A stretch of 64,000 nucleotides of DNA from positions 32,001-96,000 of the IMG/VR virus record IMGVR_UViG_3300027795_000039. One strand, 5' to 3'. Below the pieces are notes generated by a model that worked only from the letters and a program-made list of their open reading frames with translations, did not search any database and was not told where the DNA came from. Of the stretch, positions 10,650 through 20,047 are shown piece after piece. The position numbers and the translations under genes were made by a program. How positions within the stretch are numbered: position 1 is the stretch's first letter; every line of letters begins with the position of its first letter. Origin of the DNA: a virus.

Positions 10650-11145
10650 TCGTTAGTGAAATCTGGCCATCATAGCGATTGTAACTTTGATCGCTAAGTG
10701 ACCGCAGATCTATCTGGTAGCTCATCTTCTCACCCACGTCGATAAGCCACGATTGCGTCTCATCATACGGGTCCACTGCCAGGATCGGGTTCTGACAGGT
10801 CCGGAACGCCTTCATCACAGCATCCACGATCGATGGAAACAACGTATCACTGTTCGGGTCATCATCTTGCCCGAAGTACACGATCCACACGTCCATCGCG
10901 TGGACGTCGTTCTTCCACCCGCTCGGTGTTCCCGGACCAGTGTTCCGTGGTAGCGTACCAGCGGCTGGACCGCTATTGGTACGTGACTCATCACCACGAG
11001 ATGGCCAGACGTACGCCGTCGGGATGTCCGCCTCGTCATTCGGGTCTGGCGGAGTGATGTAAGCGGTGAGCGGTGGGATGCTGCCGTAGAGTGGCAGACC
11101 GTTGATGATCTGTTGGATGGCGAGCTGGGTGGCGCCGATGGTCAT
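10627..11145 (-). CDS. Probable tail terminator
   Basis: GGAGG site before ATG 11145 (MTIGATQ); position upstream of the major tail gene; function by synteny. Confidence 0.6.
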   Translation of the reverse strand: MTIGATQLAIQQIINGLPLYGSIPPLTAYITPPDPNDEADIPTAYVWPSRGDESRTNSGPAAGTLPRNTGPGTPSGWKNDVHAMDVWIVYFGQDDDPNSDTLFPSIVDAVMKAFRTCQNPILAVDPYDETQSWLIDVGEKMSYQIDLRSLSDQSYNRYDGQISLTITELFQS

Positions 11146-11161
11146 TGACGCCTCCAGGTTG

Positions 11162-11190
11162 TTTACATCATAATGCGAGTGTGGTATAAT
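11162..11190 (+). promoter_or_regulatory. Sigma70-type promoter
   Basis: TTTACA-N17-TATAAT with TG, then CAGGAACCAGGAA. Confidence 0.8.
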
Positions 11191-11225
11191 AGAACTACCA
11201 GCAGGAACCAGGAATGGAGCAGGAA

Positions 11226-11492
11226 ATGAGCAAGTACACGAGATGGTATGGTCCAAAGGCCAAGGCTCAGGGACTGCGCCCGCAGAAGTGGATCGTCAGT
11301 GACCTGATCGAGAAGCTTGGTGAACAGTTCACGGTATTCGTCTCATTTGGGCACGTGAACGGTATCGAGGGTTTTGGTCGAGAGACTGGTAAGGTAGAAG
11401 ATGACCACTTTGTCGTCCGTACAAACGATGGAACTGGTCACGTAATCACGCGTTATCGCCTTGACAGTTCTATTCGCATTCTAGTCAAGTGA
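11226..11492 (+). CDS. Hypothetical protein
   Basis: ORF behind the promoter and leader; alternative start at 11214. Confidence 0.65.
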   Translation: MSKYTRWYGPKAKAQGLRPQKWIVSDLIEKLGEQFTVFVSFGHVNGIEGFGRETGKVEDDHFVVRTNDGTGHVITRYRLDSSIRILVK

Positions 11493-11666
11493 ATAAAACG
11501 GTAATCTGAGTGACGCCGATGGTCATCAGATTACCGTCTCAATGTGAAGGCCTCAAACAGGCTGAGACAAACGGACATCTGATCATACTTGGCTGGTAAA
11601 CTGACTTTACTGATGGATGAACCGTGGCCTCTGTTTTGGCGGGCTTGATAAAGTACACATCAGCTG

Positions 11667-11695
11667 TTTACACTACCACGTTGATGTGGTATAAT
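11667..11695 (+). promoter_or_regulatory. Sigma70-type promoter
   Basis: TTTACA-N17-TATAAT with TG. Confidence 0.8.
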
Positions 11696-11729
11696 TGAAC
11701 TATCAGCAGAAACCAGGAAGGATCAAACA

Positions 11730-12059
11730 ATGGACGCAATGGCCGTTGAAGTCCTCGGTCATCTAGAAGTCAAGTTCACCGGCGTGGACATTCGTTGGGA
11801 GCCGGCGGAAGACAAGTTCTCACCCGCCCATTACTCGGTCTGGCCAACGTTTTCCGGCGTGGACCGCGAGCGCTCATCTGGTTGGGGCACGGGCAAGAGC
11901 CGGCCGCTGGCGAACCGGCTGGCGAAGGCAATCCGAGCTGGTGTGGCCATCGCCGACCTCGAGGTGCTCACCAACGTGAACGGCGAAACATACGTGAGCT
12001 ATCGGCACGTGGTTGGCGCTCGGCATCTGAACGCGGATCTGAAGCGACTCGGTTTCTAA
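11730..12059 (+). CDS. Hypothetical protein
   Basis: AAGGA site; ORF behind the promoter. Confidence 0.7.
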   Translation: MDAMAVEVLGHLEVKFTGVDIRWEPAEDKFSPAHYSVWPTFSGVDRERSSGWGTGKSRPLANRLAKAIRAGVAIADLEVLTNVNGETYVSYRHVVGARHLNADLKRLGF

Positions 12060-12068
12060 CACCGGCTA

Positions 12069-12097
12069 TTTACATCAGCCTGATGGTTTGGTATAAT
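12069..12097 (+). promoter_or_regulatory. Sigma70-type promoter
   Basis: TTTACA-N17-TATAAT with TG, then CAGGAACAGGAA. Confidence 0.8.
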
Positions 12098-12133
12098 TGA
12101 ATTACAGGCAGGAACAGGAATGGAGACAGAACC

Positions 12134-12397
12134 ATGATCGCTTACACGCTCACCATCCACGATGAGAAGTACCCCACGCAGCCGGATCAAGTCGGTGGCA
12201 TCTTCACGGAACCGGCGAAGGCGATGGACCTCGCCGGACACATCTGGACCACGATGGCAGGCGCAACTGCTGCACCTCTTCACTTCAACTCCTGCGACTC
12301 TAGCTACATCGGCCTGGACTTCCACGTCGCCAGCGGTTACCGCGATTTTACTGCTGGTAAGGTGACTTTCTCAATCAACGGCTTCAACGTCAAGTAA
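12134..12397 (+). CDS. Hypothetical protein
   Basis: GGAG site; ORF behind the promoter. Confidence 0.7.
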   Translation: MIAYTLTIHDEKYPTQPDQVGGIFTEPAKAMDLAGHIWTTMAGATAAPLHFNSCDSSYIGLDFHVASGYRDFTAGKVTFSINGFNVK

Positions 12398-12443
12398 CAC
12401 GCGACAGTGATCAGCACCGGCAGGAACAGGAATGGAGCAAAAA

Positions 12444-12593
12444 ATGGATAACAAGCAGATCGCAAGTATCATGGAGCAAGCCAAGGTGATCGTGGAAGAC
12501 GTTTTTCCTAAAGTTATCGTCATGCAGGCTGCCGCACTACCCCAGGTGGTCCAGATGCTTATTGACAACGAATCGCTGGTCACTTACCGATAA
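12444..12593 (+). CDS. Small hypothetical protein (49 aa)
   Basis: Preceded by CAGGAACAGGAATGGAG and followed by a hairpin. Confidence 0.55.
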   Translation: MDNKQIASIMEQAKVIVEDVFPKVIVMQAAALPQVVQMLIDNESLVTYR

Positions 12594-12611
12594 CACCAGG
12601 TAAACTCGCTT

Positions 12612-12640
12612 AAGCACCGGCAGGTTATTGCCGGTGCTTT
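12612..12640. terminator. Intrinsic terminator-like hairpin
   Basis: AAGCACCGGCA-loop-TGCCGGTGCTTT. Confidence 0.65.
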
Positions 12641-12673
12641 CGCATCAGATTATGCAATGAAACGGAGCATGTA

Positions 12674-12829
12674 ATGGACGCTGAAACAAAGATGCACGTA
12701 TTGAACCAGGCAGCTGATCGCTTGGAAGACGGCGTGGACGTGATCACGGTACTCGGCGAGGTATTTTCCAGTGGTTACGGGTACGGCCTGTACCAGGGTC
12801 ACTACGATAATGAGTGCCACCCTGGCTGA
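12674..12829 (+). CDS. Small hypothetical protein (51 aa)
   Basis: GGAG site; open frame MDAETKMH... Confidence 0.5.
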   Translation: MDAETKMHVLNQAADRLEDGVDVITVLGEVFSSGYGYGLYQGHYDNECHPG

Positions 12830-12907
12830 AGCGATGGGTCAGATCACTCGCCGGAATGGTGCTAGCAGCGGCTTGCTTATTAGCTTATATCAAAACACTT
12901 GCTAAGA

Positions 12908-14266
12908 TCATGCGAATGATTGCTGCAACACTGAAATGTTTTCGAGATCTTGTTGCGCCGCCTCACGCCACTTTTTGCCGTTAACCTTACCATTTACTTT
13001 TATTTCGGCGCTTACTGCCGCGTAAAGAGCGTTAATTTTGCCGGCGGCGCTTGAATCACCGGTGACAATAGCCTGAATTACATCTGCAGATTGCGCACCA
13101 ATCGCGCCGCCATGGCGGCCACCAAGACCTTGAATAGCGTCAATTTTTTGCTGCACTTCTGATTGCAATACCGGTCTGGCGCTTATTGCTTCGCGTTCAG
13201 CAATCTCGTTTTGACGAGTCTGAGCGCTCGTGAATGCGGTGCTTTCTTTTTCTATGCTGTTTGGTACCTGACGAACTGGGATGGTAAACACACCACTTCT
13301 TTTATCACGTGTTACCTGACCAGTTACTTGTAGGCTACCGCCAGATAGCCACTCAGCTTGATCCTTAAAGTCCAATGCGGCATATGGTTCTAGCTGAAGC
13401 GCTTGCGCACCTGGTTCAAGCTTCAGGATTACACCGATACGTTCTTGTTCCGGATGATATTCAACTGGCTTATTGCGACCAGAAAAACCACCGGAAATAT
13501 TCTCACGAGAGCTCCATGAACCGATACCATGATCAAAGGTATCACCTGGCTTAAGAGCGGTTAGGTCCTTAAGGCGCCGGTGTGTAGCCGCATCAAATTT
13601 GGTGGTCTGGATTCCACGGTAAAGTGAAGGTGCGTTAGACGGCGAGGCAATCACCGCTTCTCGCATCGCATTACTGATACCAGCCATAGGGCTACGTGTG
13701 TAAGCATCGATATCATGGTGAAGCCGGCGCGTGTAAGCGGTTTCAGCCGGTAGCTTACCGGCATTCAATGATATGGCAGCATTTTTAGCGTCATCTGTCG
13801 ACTTTACTGGCACGCTCGTCGTAGAATCTACGACATCGTTGACTGGATTCTCATTGATTTTAACCGGTATTTTTTCTTCAACGACGTCGCGTTTGGTTTT
13901 GCCGGAATTGTAATGACTCGCCAACGCTGATACTGCGGTCGACCGATCCTTATGATTAGAGACATGAGCATCTGAATGAGATGTTACATATTTACCAGCA
14001 TCATTTTTACCGATATGTCCAACCGCATAGCCAGACGGTTTATGAACCACGGTGCCATCGCGTTTGACTGAAAGATCTGAGGCTTTGAGTTTGTCTGGCT
14101 GTTTCCCACAGGGAGGCCGCACGCAGATAAATCCGTGAATGTAACCCTCAGCGCCGACCTTAACGATGTCCGGTGCTACTGGCATGAGAGTTGTAAAACG
14201 CTTTAGCGCGATTTGATCAATCTGCCGCTTTACCGCGACCAAATCACCAAACAAAGGCGCTACCAT
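12908..14266 (-). CDS. Tagged ADP-ribosyltransferase effector
   Basis: KVGAEGYIHGFICVRPPCG tag; LYRG...SWSS...QAEW (R-S-E) motifs. Confidence 0.75.
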   Translation of the reverse strand: MVAPLFGDLVAVKRQIDQIALKRFTTLMPVAPDIVKVGAEGYIHGFICVRPPCGKQPDKLKASDLSVKRDGTVVHKPSGYAVGHIGKNDAGKYVTSHSDAHVSNHKDRSTAVSALASHYNSGKTKRDVVEEKIPVKINENPVNDVVDSTTSVPVKSTDDAKNAAISLNAGKLPAETAYTRRLHHDIDAYTRSPMAGISNAMREAVIASPSNAPSLYRGIQTTKFDAATHRRLKDLTALKPGDTFDHGIGSWSSRENISGGFSGRNKPVEYHPEQERIGVILKLEPGAQALQLEPYAALDFKDQAEWLSGGSLQVTGQVTRDKRSGVFTIPVRQVPNSIEKESTAFTSAQTRQNEIAEREAISARPVLQSEVQQKIDAIQGLGGRHGGAIGAQSADVIQAIVTGDSSAAGKINALYAAVSAEIKVNGKVNGKKWREAAQQDLENISVLQQSFA

Positions 14267-15213
14267 CAGATTACTCTCCGGAATGGTGCTAGCAGCGACT
14301 GCGCTTGTTGAGTAAGCGTGGCTACCTTCGCACCACCACCGTCACTGCTCCCACCTGGGATACCCTGCACCGTGGTGGAAGTAGCACCTCGTGTCATTGC
14401 CATACTCGAGGCGAAGAGGATATTCGCCCAGGTCACCGACTGCGGTAGCGTCGTTACCACGACACCAGGTTGGTGAGAAAACGCGAGTGGTGCGGCGAGC
14501 GTCAGCGTTCCAGGTCCCGCTACAACACTCGCTGCGGTGACTTGCACCAGCTCTTGCTGACCGGAATCGAGGACCGTACCAGCAGCACCAGTGACATTTG
14601 AGAACGGCGTGGTGATGGCCCAACCCGTGCAATCATCCACGGTCAGCGTGCTGCCACCAGCAGTCGCGGTTGCAGTCAACCCGCAGTGTGGGAATCCGTT
14701 GTAATACTGCACCTGGATGATCACGCCCTGGCGGCCGTTGTCCCAGTTCACGTAGCCAGGTGCGATGATGATGGACTGGCCACCTTCACCCGCTGATGAT
14801 GGTGCGCTCGAGCCGTAGATGCCGATGGGTGGGTACTCCGGTTCGAAGTAACCACTGGGAACTGAGATCCACTGACGTGGGAACACGTTTGCGGCAGCAA
14901 CCTGGATCGCCACCACGTCGAGCACCGGTCCACGCTGTAGCACGATCCGACCGTTACGTGAGCCGTTCTGGATGGTAACCCGGAAGTCAGGACCGCGGAA
15001 CACCTCGGTGTCCAGCGTGGCTCGGAGTACCTGGTTGCAGTACGAGTCAGTCTGAGCAGTGGACCGAGCACACAGGTTGGACTGCTCCGCGTATCGCATC
15101 GCGGGGGTGACACCGCTGCCTGGTGGAATCGTGGACCATGATATACCCGTGGGAGCGGTAACCAGTACCTCAGGTGTGACGTACGGCGACAGCGGGCCGG
15201 TGGGTGTTGTCAT
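14266..15213 (-). CDS. Head-to-tail adaptor-like protein
   Basis: GGGAG site before ATG 15213 (MTTPTGPLSPYVT); DSYCNQ, VQYYNG and terminal LLAPFRRV; the ORF-track extension to 15657 is probably spurious. Confidence 0.72.
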   Translation of the reverse strand: MTTPTGPLSPYVTPEVLVTAPTGISWSTIPPGSGVTPAMRYAEQSNLCARSTAQTDSYCNQVLRATLDTEVFRGPDFRVTIQNGSRNGRIVLQRGPVLDVVAIQVAAANVFPRQWISVPSGYFEPEYPPIGIYGSSAPSSAGEGGQSIIIAPGYVNWDNGRQGVIIQVQYYNGFPHCGLTATATAGGSTLTVDDCTGWAITTPFSNVTGAAGTVLDSGQQELVQVTAASVVAGPGTLTLAAPLAFSHQPGVVVTTLPQSVTWANILFASSMAMTRGATSTTVQGIPGGSSDGGGAKVATLTQQAQSLLAPFRRVI

Positions 15214-15283
15214 GTGCTGGCACTCCCATCGGCAACGTGGTATAATGAAATTCCAATTTTCGCTGATTACCTTCAGTAGCTTG

Positions 15284-15312
15284 TTTACATTGCGCCGGCA
15301 AGTTGGTATGAT
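15284..15312 (+). promoter_or_regulatory. Sigma70-type promoter
   Basis: TTTACA-N17-TATGAT with TG. Confidence 0.72.
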
Positions 15313-15351
15313 TGCCTTACAGGCAGAAGCAGAATAGAAAGGAAGCACGAT

Positions 15352-15558
15352 ATGGCATCGGCACAGGACCAGGAGTTTGGCTTCGCGCTCGATGGCGGTA
15401 ACATCGTCACTGGCTTTGAAAGCTACGATCAGGCTATGAACGCGGCAAGCGTCTGGCAGCGTGGCATGGGACCAGAGATTGTACTGACGGTGGGACCCGT
15501 TACCCGCGCCACGGACTGGAAGCGCGGTAGTGTTCCAGTTCAACCGAATGCCGAGTAA
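15352..15558 (+). CDS. Hypothetical protein
   Basis: AAAGGA site; behind the promoter. Confidence 0.65.
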   Translation: MASAQDQEFGFALDGGNIVTGFESYDQAMNAASVWQRGMGPEIVLTVGPVTRATDWKRGSVPVQPNAE

Positions 15559-15708
15559 GCACCTGCGGCACGACCTGGATCCAGCGCTGATCATCAGTCC
15601 AGTCCGGTTGTCGATTATGATGGTGCTGGACAGGCGCATTACCGCGCTGCGTAGCATCCTGGATCACAGCCAGTTCATGCGGTGTGGCTAAGCGCGGCCA
15701 CTAGCCTG

Positions 15709-15737
15709 TTTACACAGCTAGGCAACCGTGGTATACT
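15709..15737 (+). promoter_or_regulatory. Sigma70-type promoter
   Basis: TTTACA-N17-TATACT with TG. Confidence 0.75.
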
Positions 15738-15776
15738 GGCTACGTAGCCACAGCAAGGCAACCGAAAGGAACCGAA

Positions 15777-16061
15777 ATGGAAACCGCAACCGCAGTCACG
15801 ACTGAGCTTCCGCAAATCGTCATACCGCTCGACTTCGCCTACGGTGACGACCGGTCAGTGCTCACCGCTCTCGAGGGCACGCACGACCACGGTGCCGGTC
15901 TGGTAACCGTGACTGTCTTGATTGAAAATGGCCCTGGCGGTGGCTGGCCAATGTGCATCGTGAAAGGAACAGCACCGGCGTTGCTCGCGTTCCTGCTCAA
16001 GCACTACACAGGTGGCCAACTCACTGGTCCGAATGGAGCACTCGGCCTGCTCGACGAGTAA
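15777..16061 (+). CDS. Hypothetical protein
   Basis: AAAGGA site; behind the promoter; contains GPGGGWP. Confidence 0.7.
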   Translation: METATAVTTELPQIVIPLDFAYGDDRSVLTALEGTHDHGAGLVTVTVLIENGPGGGWPMCIVKGTAPALLAFLLKHYTGGQLTGPNGALGLLDE

Positions 16062-16076
16062 CCGACACCGGTAAGT

Positions 16077-16115
16077 CCAGCAGCCAGGCGGATCACTTTA
16101 CCGCCTGGCTGCTGG
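16077..16115. terminator. Hairpin between convergent genes
   Basis: CCAGCAGCCAGGCGG...CCGCCTGGCTGCTGG. Confidence 0.65.
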
Positions 16116-16119
16116 TATT

Positions 16120-16767
16120 TCAGATACTCGGTACGCTGCTGATGTCATCCTCGAGTGACGTGGGTCCTACCGGTGGGATAACCCGAGCAGGCCGTGTTTC
16201 ACGCATCTCACGTGACTGACGTGGCTGGCGAACTGGCTTAGATACCGCAGTTGGCTCGACCACGGGAGCTGGCGACGGTGCTTCGGCGGTAACAGCTGCT
16301 GTGCTGACAGGCTGCTTTATCACACCGAGTTGTATCCCACACTCGCCACAGAAGTGAGCGGTGGGGAAATTATCGTGGCCATCCGAGCATCTGACCGTGC
16401 CCTGTTCGGCGGTCTGGATGGCCACGTTCTTCATCAGGTCACCCGCTGGCATACCGGCGATCCGAGCGAGTGCCATCGTCATGACATCGTCACGGTTGCG
16501 AGCGAAGAGGATATCCGCGTTTTCCTTACCGCGTTCCTCATCAGGTGTCGAGGGGATGTCAGCCAGGTTCCCTGACCAGAGCGGGTCGTTGGCAAGGTAT
16601 CCTTGGCACTGGGAGCACGCAAGCTTCCAGATTTTAACTGGGGCGCCTTGCACAACGGGTCGAGTGTGGGAGTTTCCACACCCTCCGTGCGCTTGGCCGA
16701 TGCTGACGCTCATCACGTCAGCGCGGGCGTAAAGTGGCATATTGCCTCCTGTATTTGTGTACGCCAC
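16120..16767 (-). CDS. Zn-ribbon protein in the head module
   Basis: CSQC and CSDGH...FCGECG motifs; likely start at 16740. Confidence 0.65.
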   Translation of the reverse strand: MAYTNTGGNMPLYARADVMSVSIGQAHGGCGNSHTRPVVQGAPVKIWKLACSQCQGYLANDPLWSGNLADIPSTPDEERGKENADILFARNRDDVMTMALARIAGMPAGDLMKNVAIQTAEQGTVRCSDGHDNFPTAHFCGECGIQLGVIKQPVSTAAVTAEAPSPAPVVEPTAVSKPVRQPRQSREMRETRPARVIPPVGPTSLEDDISSVPSI

Positions 16768-16792
16768 CTAATTGAGGTGGTACTATACTTAC

Positions 16793-17005
16793 ATGGTAAA
16801 TTTTGGTGAGGCACTTACGGCAGTAAAAGCTGGTAGTAGCGTTTATCGTGTGGCCTGGCGAGACATCGGGTATGAACCTGTACTACGTCTGCAAAAAGAG
16901 CCTTTTGCACTACTCGTGATGGATTATCCGGGTCGAGGACCGATGTCAGTGTTTGCTGGTGCACAAACAGATATCCTCGCCGAAGACTGGGAGATTTTGG
17001 ACTGA
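16793..17005 (+). CDS. DUF2829-like protein, probably leaderless
   Basis: MVNFGEAL...QTDILAEDW; TG-G-TACTAT lies 6 nt before the ATG. Confidence 0.7.
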   Translation: MVNFGEALTAVKAGSSVYRVAWRDIGYEPVLRLQKEPFALLVMDYPGRGPMSVFAGAQTDILAEDWEILD

Positions 17006-17010
17006 GGTTG

Positions 17011-17039
17011 TTTACACCACCCAGCCAAGGTGGTATAGT
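17011..17039 (+). promoter_or_regulatory. Sigma70-type promoter
   Basis: TTTACA-N17-TATAGT with TG, then CAGGAACAGGAA. Confidence 0.78.
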
Positions 17040-17077
17040 AAGCCTCGTAACCAGGAACAGGAACCAAGGAGGAACCC

Positions 17078-17428
17078 GTGAGCCAGGACACCAGCATCGT
17101 CCGCCCGCAGCCCGCTCCGCTCGCCGTACCCGAGGACGTGAAGGGTATTCGTGAGAAGCTCATCGAACTGCACCCGGATGCTGTCAAAGGCACGGTCGCT
17201 GAGATCAGCCCTGAGCTCGACGAGGCGTACCGGTACGCGAAGTGGGCCATCGACTACTGGACGAAGCAAGCAGATGCTGCCGCACTTCGTATCCGTGAGC
17301 AGATGGGTGATGCGGAGAAGGCAGCTGTGGATGGCGTCCCTGTCTTCTCCCGCCGCCAGTACCCGGTTAAGGGTCACTGGGTGGAAGGTTTCAACAACGA
17401 CGCCTTGTATCCGGTGGCTGGCCGGTAA
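17078..17428 (+). CDS. Hypothetical protein
   Basis: AGGAGG site with GTG start. Confidence 0.75.
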   Translation: MSQDTSIVRPQPAPLAVPEDVKGIREKLIELHPDAVKGTVAEISPELDEAYRYAKWAIDYWTKQADAAALRIREQMGDAEKAAVDGVPVFSRRQYPVKGHWVEGFNNDALYPVAGR

Positions 17429-17548
17429 GCAACGCAGCACTAAGTGATCCTGCAGCGATGTAGCTAACTCGAGTACGCTATCTCGGGTTAGCTTCACCGT
17501 AGTAGTGAAGCTACGGAACCAAAGCCGGAACAGAAAAGGCCAGGAACT

Positions 17549-18007
17549 ATGTTTGAAACCACGTCAGAAACCGCCTCGAATACCGCGACTCTCGACCTTA
17601 CCATCGTTGTCACTCGTGACCAGTACAAGGAAGCCATCACCAAGCTTCTCGATGAGCTGGACCGAGTCAGCAGCGAAATGCGCTGGTGCAGTGAGCGACA
17701 CCGTTACTTCAACGCGGTGATGGACGAATACTGCGATGGGGACGCTGACTTCGGCTTGGTACCCGAAGACACCAACTACGCGGCTCGGCTTCGTTCCATG
17801 CGAGCTCGCATCCTCTGGTACGCCAGGGCTGAGACGATCAAGCTGGACCTTGCGAACCGTCTCTTCACGGCTATGGGACTTCCCGAGTATGGTGGTGGCA
17901 ATAAGGCAGGTCCGAGGTACCGCGTGGAGTTGAATCTGGAACTCAGTGTCAGCGGTGACGACGGTCGTCGTTACCTTCAGCGAGAACTGAATGACATGGT
18001 CGCTTGA
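17549..18007 (+). CDS. Hypothetical protein; frame continues to 18148 past a TGA
   Basis: AGGA site; 46 further sense codons follow the TGA. Confidence 0.65.
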   Translation: MFETTSETASNTATLDLTIVVTRDQYKEAITKLLDELDRVSSEMRWCSERHRYFNAVMDEYCDGDADFGLVPEDTNYAARLRSMRARILWYARAETIKLDLANRLFTAMGLPEYGGGNKAGPRYRVELNLELSVSGDDGRRYLQRELNDMVA

Positions 18008-18138
18008 TCACTCGATGGTATACCGCAAAAGGATGACAATCGCTACATTCCCGGTTCGATCACTCTCGTGAGCACGCCATACGTTACCACTGTGACTAAC
18101 GAGGTGGTAGTCAACATCCAGGACACCGAGCGACCGAG

Positions 18139-18420
18139 CTACACCTGAGCATCTGACACCATCTCAGCATGACACCGCGGACATTCCGTGGCCCAAGCCT
18201 GACCATGAAACCGGCACGCGGTACACCGCGTGCCGGTTTTGGTTCCCAGGCTGAAAGACATCGGTGTTACCAGGCCGATGCTCCGGTGCTGCGAGCTGCG
18301 CAGTGACTTAGCGTCGTGATCTTCGAGAGTGATCGTGCCATTCGAGTTAGGTTTCAGTACCTCACCACGCATGGTAGTAAAACCTTGGCAGCCTGGCGGC
18401 AATGAAACCGTCTCACTCAT
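18139..18420 (-). CDS. Small Zn-ribbon protein
   Basis: CTAC...CPRC; AAGGA site. Confidence 0.7.
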   Translation of the reverse strand: MSETVSLPPGCQGFTTMRGEVLKPNSNGTITLEDHDAKSLRSSQHRSIGLVTPMSFSLGTKTGTRCTACRFHGQAWATECPRCHAEMVSDAQV

Positions 18421-18432
18421 GTTTAGTTTCCT

Positions 18433-18702
18433 TCACTCATCAGTACACAAATGGTAACTAAGTGTTGCAGAGCTGGCAGCGATGGCATACAACGTGCTGC
18501 CAGAACTAGTTGGGTACCCCACGTAGGTAACAGTCGAGCTGGTACCAACGAGAGCTCCCGTGGCAACAGTAACTGCCGTACCGGTACCAATCGCTACAGC
18601 GGTACCGCTTGCTACTAGTGCCAGTGTAAATGGACCGGGTGGTACACGCAGTACGGTTACTGCGGTACCACCGACTACGACCTGCCCAAGATCCAATGCC
18701 AT
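18433..18702 (-). CDS. Probable virion structural/decoration protein
   Basis: T/G/A/V-rich; paralogous to the next two genes (V[TAS]xATGxx and LYAI motifs). Confidence 0.6.
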   Translation of the reverse strand: MALDLGQVVVGGTAVTVLRVPPGPFTLALVASGTAVAIGTGTAVTVATGALVGTSSTVTYVGYPTSSGSTLYAIAASSATLSYHLCTDE

Positions 18703-19187
18703 TAGACTGACAGCGCCGTAACACTCAGGTTAGTGGATTGTGAGGTAAGTACAAGTGCAACAGTACCGCCATTGACGTGATCAAGACGAGTTGGACTAGT
18801 GATACTGATTCCGGTGCCACCAGTGAGAGTGGACACAGTAACAGTTTCTGCCGCACCACTGGCACCCACGACGAGTACTTCACCAACACTGTAGTTACCG
18901 GATGACGTTAGCGCCACCGTGGTACCGCCAGCGGCAGCGTTTGACGCAAGCGTGGTTCCGGTACCGGTGGTACTCACCGCTCCAATCGCGTAGAGAGTAG
19001 ATGGTGCGTTGGGGAATGCCACTTCTGCGTTTACATACAGCGGCAATCCAGTCGCTGACGTTACATCAGAACCACCCAGGTAGATAACACTTGGACCTGA
19101 GTTGTAGATGGTAACGCTGGGACTGTGCGCCGATGGATTCGGCACGAACACCGGTACTGCCACGTTACCTACCGCGAAGTTCGCCAT
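18702..19187 (-). CDS. Probable virion structural/decoration protein
   Basis: NSGPSVIYLGG...GLPL...LYAI. Confidence 0.62.
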   Translation of the reverse strand: MANFAVGNVAVPVFVPNPSAHSPSVTIYNSGPSVIYLGGSDVTSATGLPLYVNAEVAFPNAPSTLYAIGAVSTTGTGTTLASNAAAGGTTVALTSSGNYSVGEVLVVGASGAAETVTVSTLTGGTGISITSPTRLDHVNGGTVALVLTSQSTNLSVTALSV

Positions 19188-19227
19188 CGGCGCCTCGCCT
19201 CCTTCTGGCTAAGTTGGATCCGGTAAG

Positions 19228-19560
19228 TTAGTCCACGAGGCCTTGCGTGGTAAGACCAGCGTTGATGGTCGTGGTACCAGCTGCGGTGATGGCATACAGG
19301 TCGTGAGTGGTGGTACCACTCGTGGTGCTGTACCCCTCAATGAGGACTTGCTGACCTGGTGCGAGTGGCAACGCAGCGCTAGTAGTACTGGATCCGCCGA
19401 TGAATGCGGTCGTGGTACCTGAATTGAAGAGAGTGACGTTCTTAAGCGTCACCGCAGGGGTGATCGCAGCCAGCGTGGTGATTGAGCCACCGAACACCAG
19501 TGTGGCGCTGTTGGTGACGCTGGTGCTTTGGTACGCTGGGCCGTTGGCGTAAATAGCCAC
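19228..19560 (-). CDS. Probable virion structural/decoration protein
   Basis: NSGTTTAFIGG...LPLAPG...LYAI; first structural-type gene after the capsid/effector block. Confidence 0.62.
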   Translation of the reverse strand: MAIYANGPAYQSTSVTNSATLVFGGSITTLAAITPAVTLKNVTLFNSGTTTAFIGGSSTTSAALPLAPGQQVLIEGYSTTSGTTTHDLYAITAAGTTTINAGLTTQGLVD

Positions 19561-19624
19561 GAGGCTGTCCTTCCGGTTGATGATGTGGTATAATTACAGT
19601 AAGAAGGAAAAGGAAGTGAAGATC

Positions 19625-20041
19625 ATGACCGAAGAAACGGCCCCACGAGTTATCCTTAGTGAGATCGTGTGGCCTGAGTACAACAGCATCATGTACGTCA
19701 TGGCCACGCCAACTGCTGGTGGTGCAGTAACGGCCACAGTTATGGTCGGCGGTTACCCGATGGCATTCATGGATAGCTCCTACCAGCTGACCCCGCTAGT
19801 AGACCCGGATGCTGACCAGTTCAGCGAGAGCGTTACCAACCTGGTTATCTTCTACGCTCACATCGGCGTAATTCGTAAGGATGTCGTCACCAGGTGGCTG
19901 GCAAACCAGGAAGAGCGATCACTACGAGCCATCCTTGATGACAGTGGTGACCAGGGTTACGAGTGGCTCGCATTCAGTGAGACACTTGCCATGCTGCTTC
20001 ACCGGATGTACCCAGACTCGATGCCGAAGCCGGAGGTTTAG
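19625..20041 (+). CDS. Hypothetical protein
   Basis: TGGTATAAT near 19587; first gene of a plus-strand operon. Confidence 0.65.
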   Translation: MTEETAPRVILSEIVWPEYNSIMYVMATPTAGGAVTATVMVGGYPMAFMDSSYQLTPLVDPDADQFSESVTNLVIFYAHIGVIRKDVVTRWLANQEERSLRAILDDSGDQGYEWLAFSETLAMLLHRMYPDSMPKPEV

Positions 20042-20047
20042 TCCACG

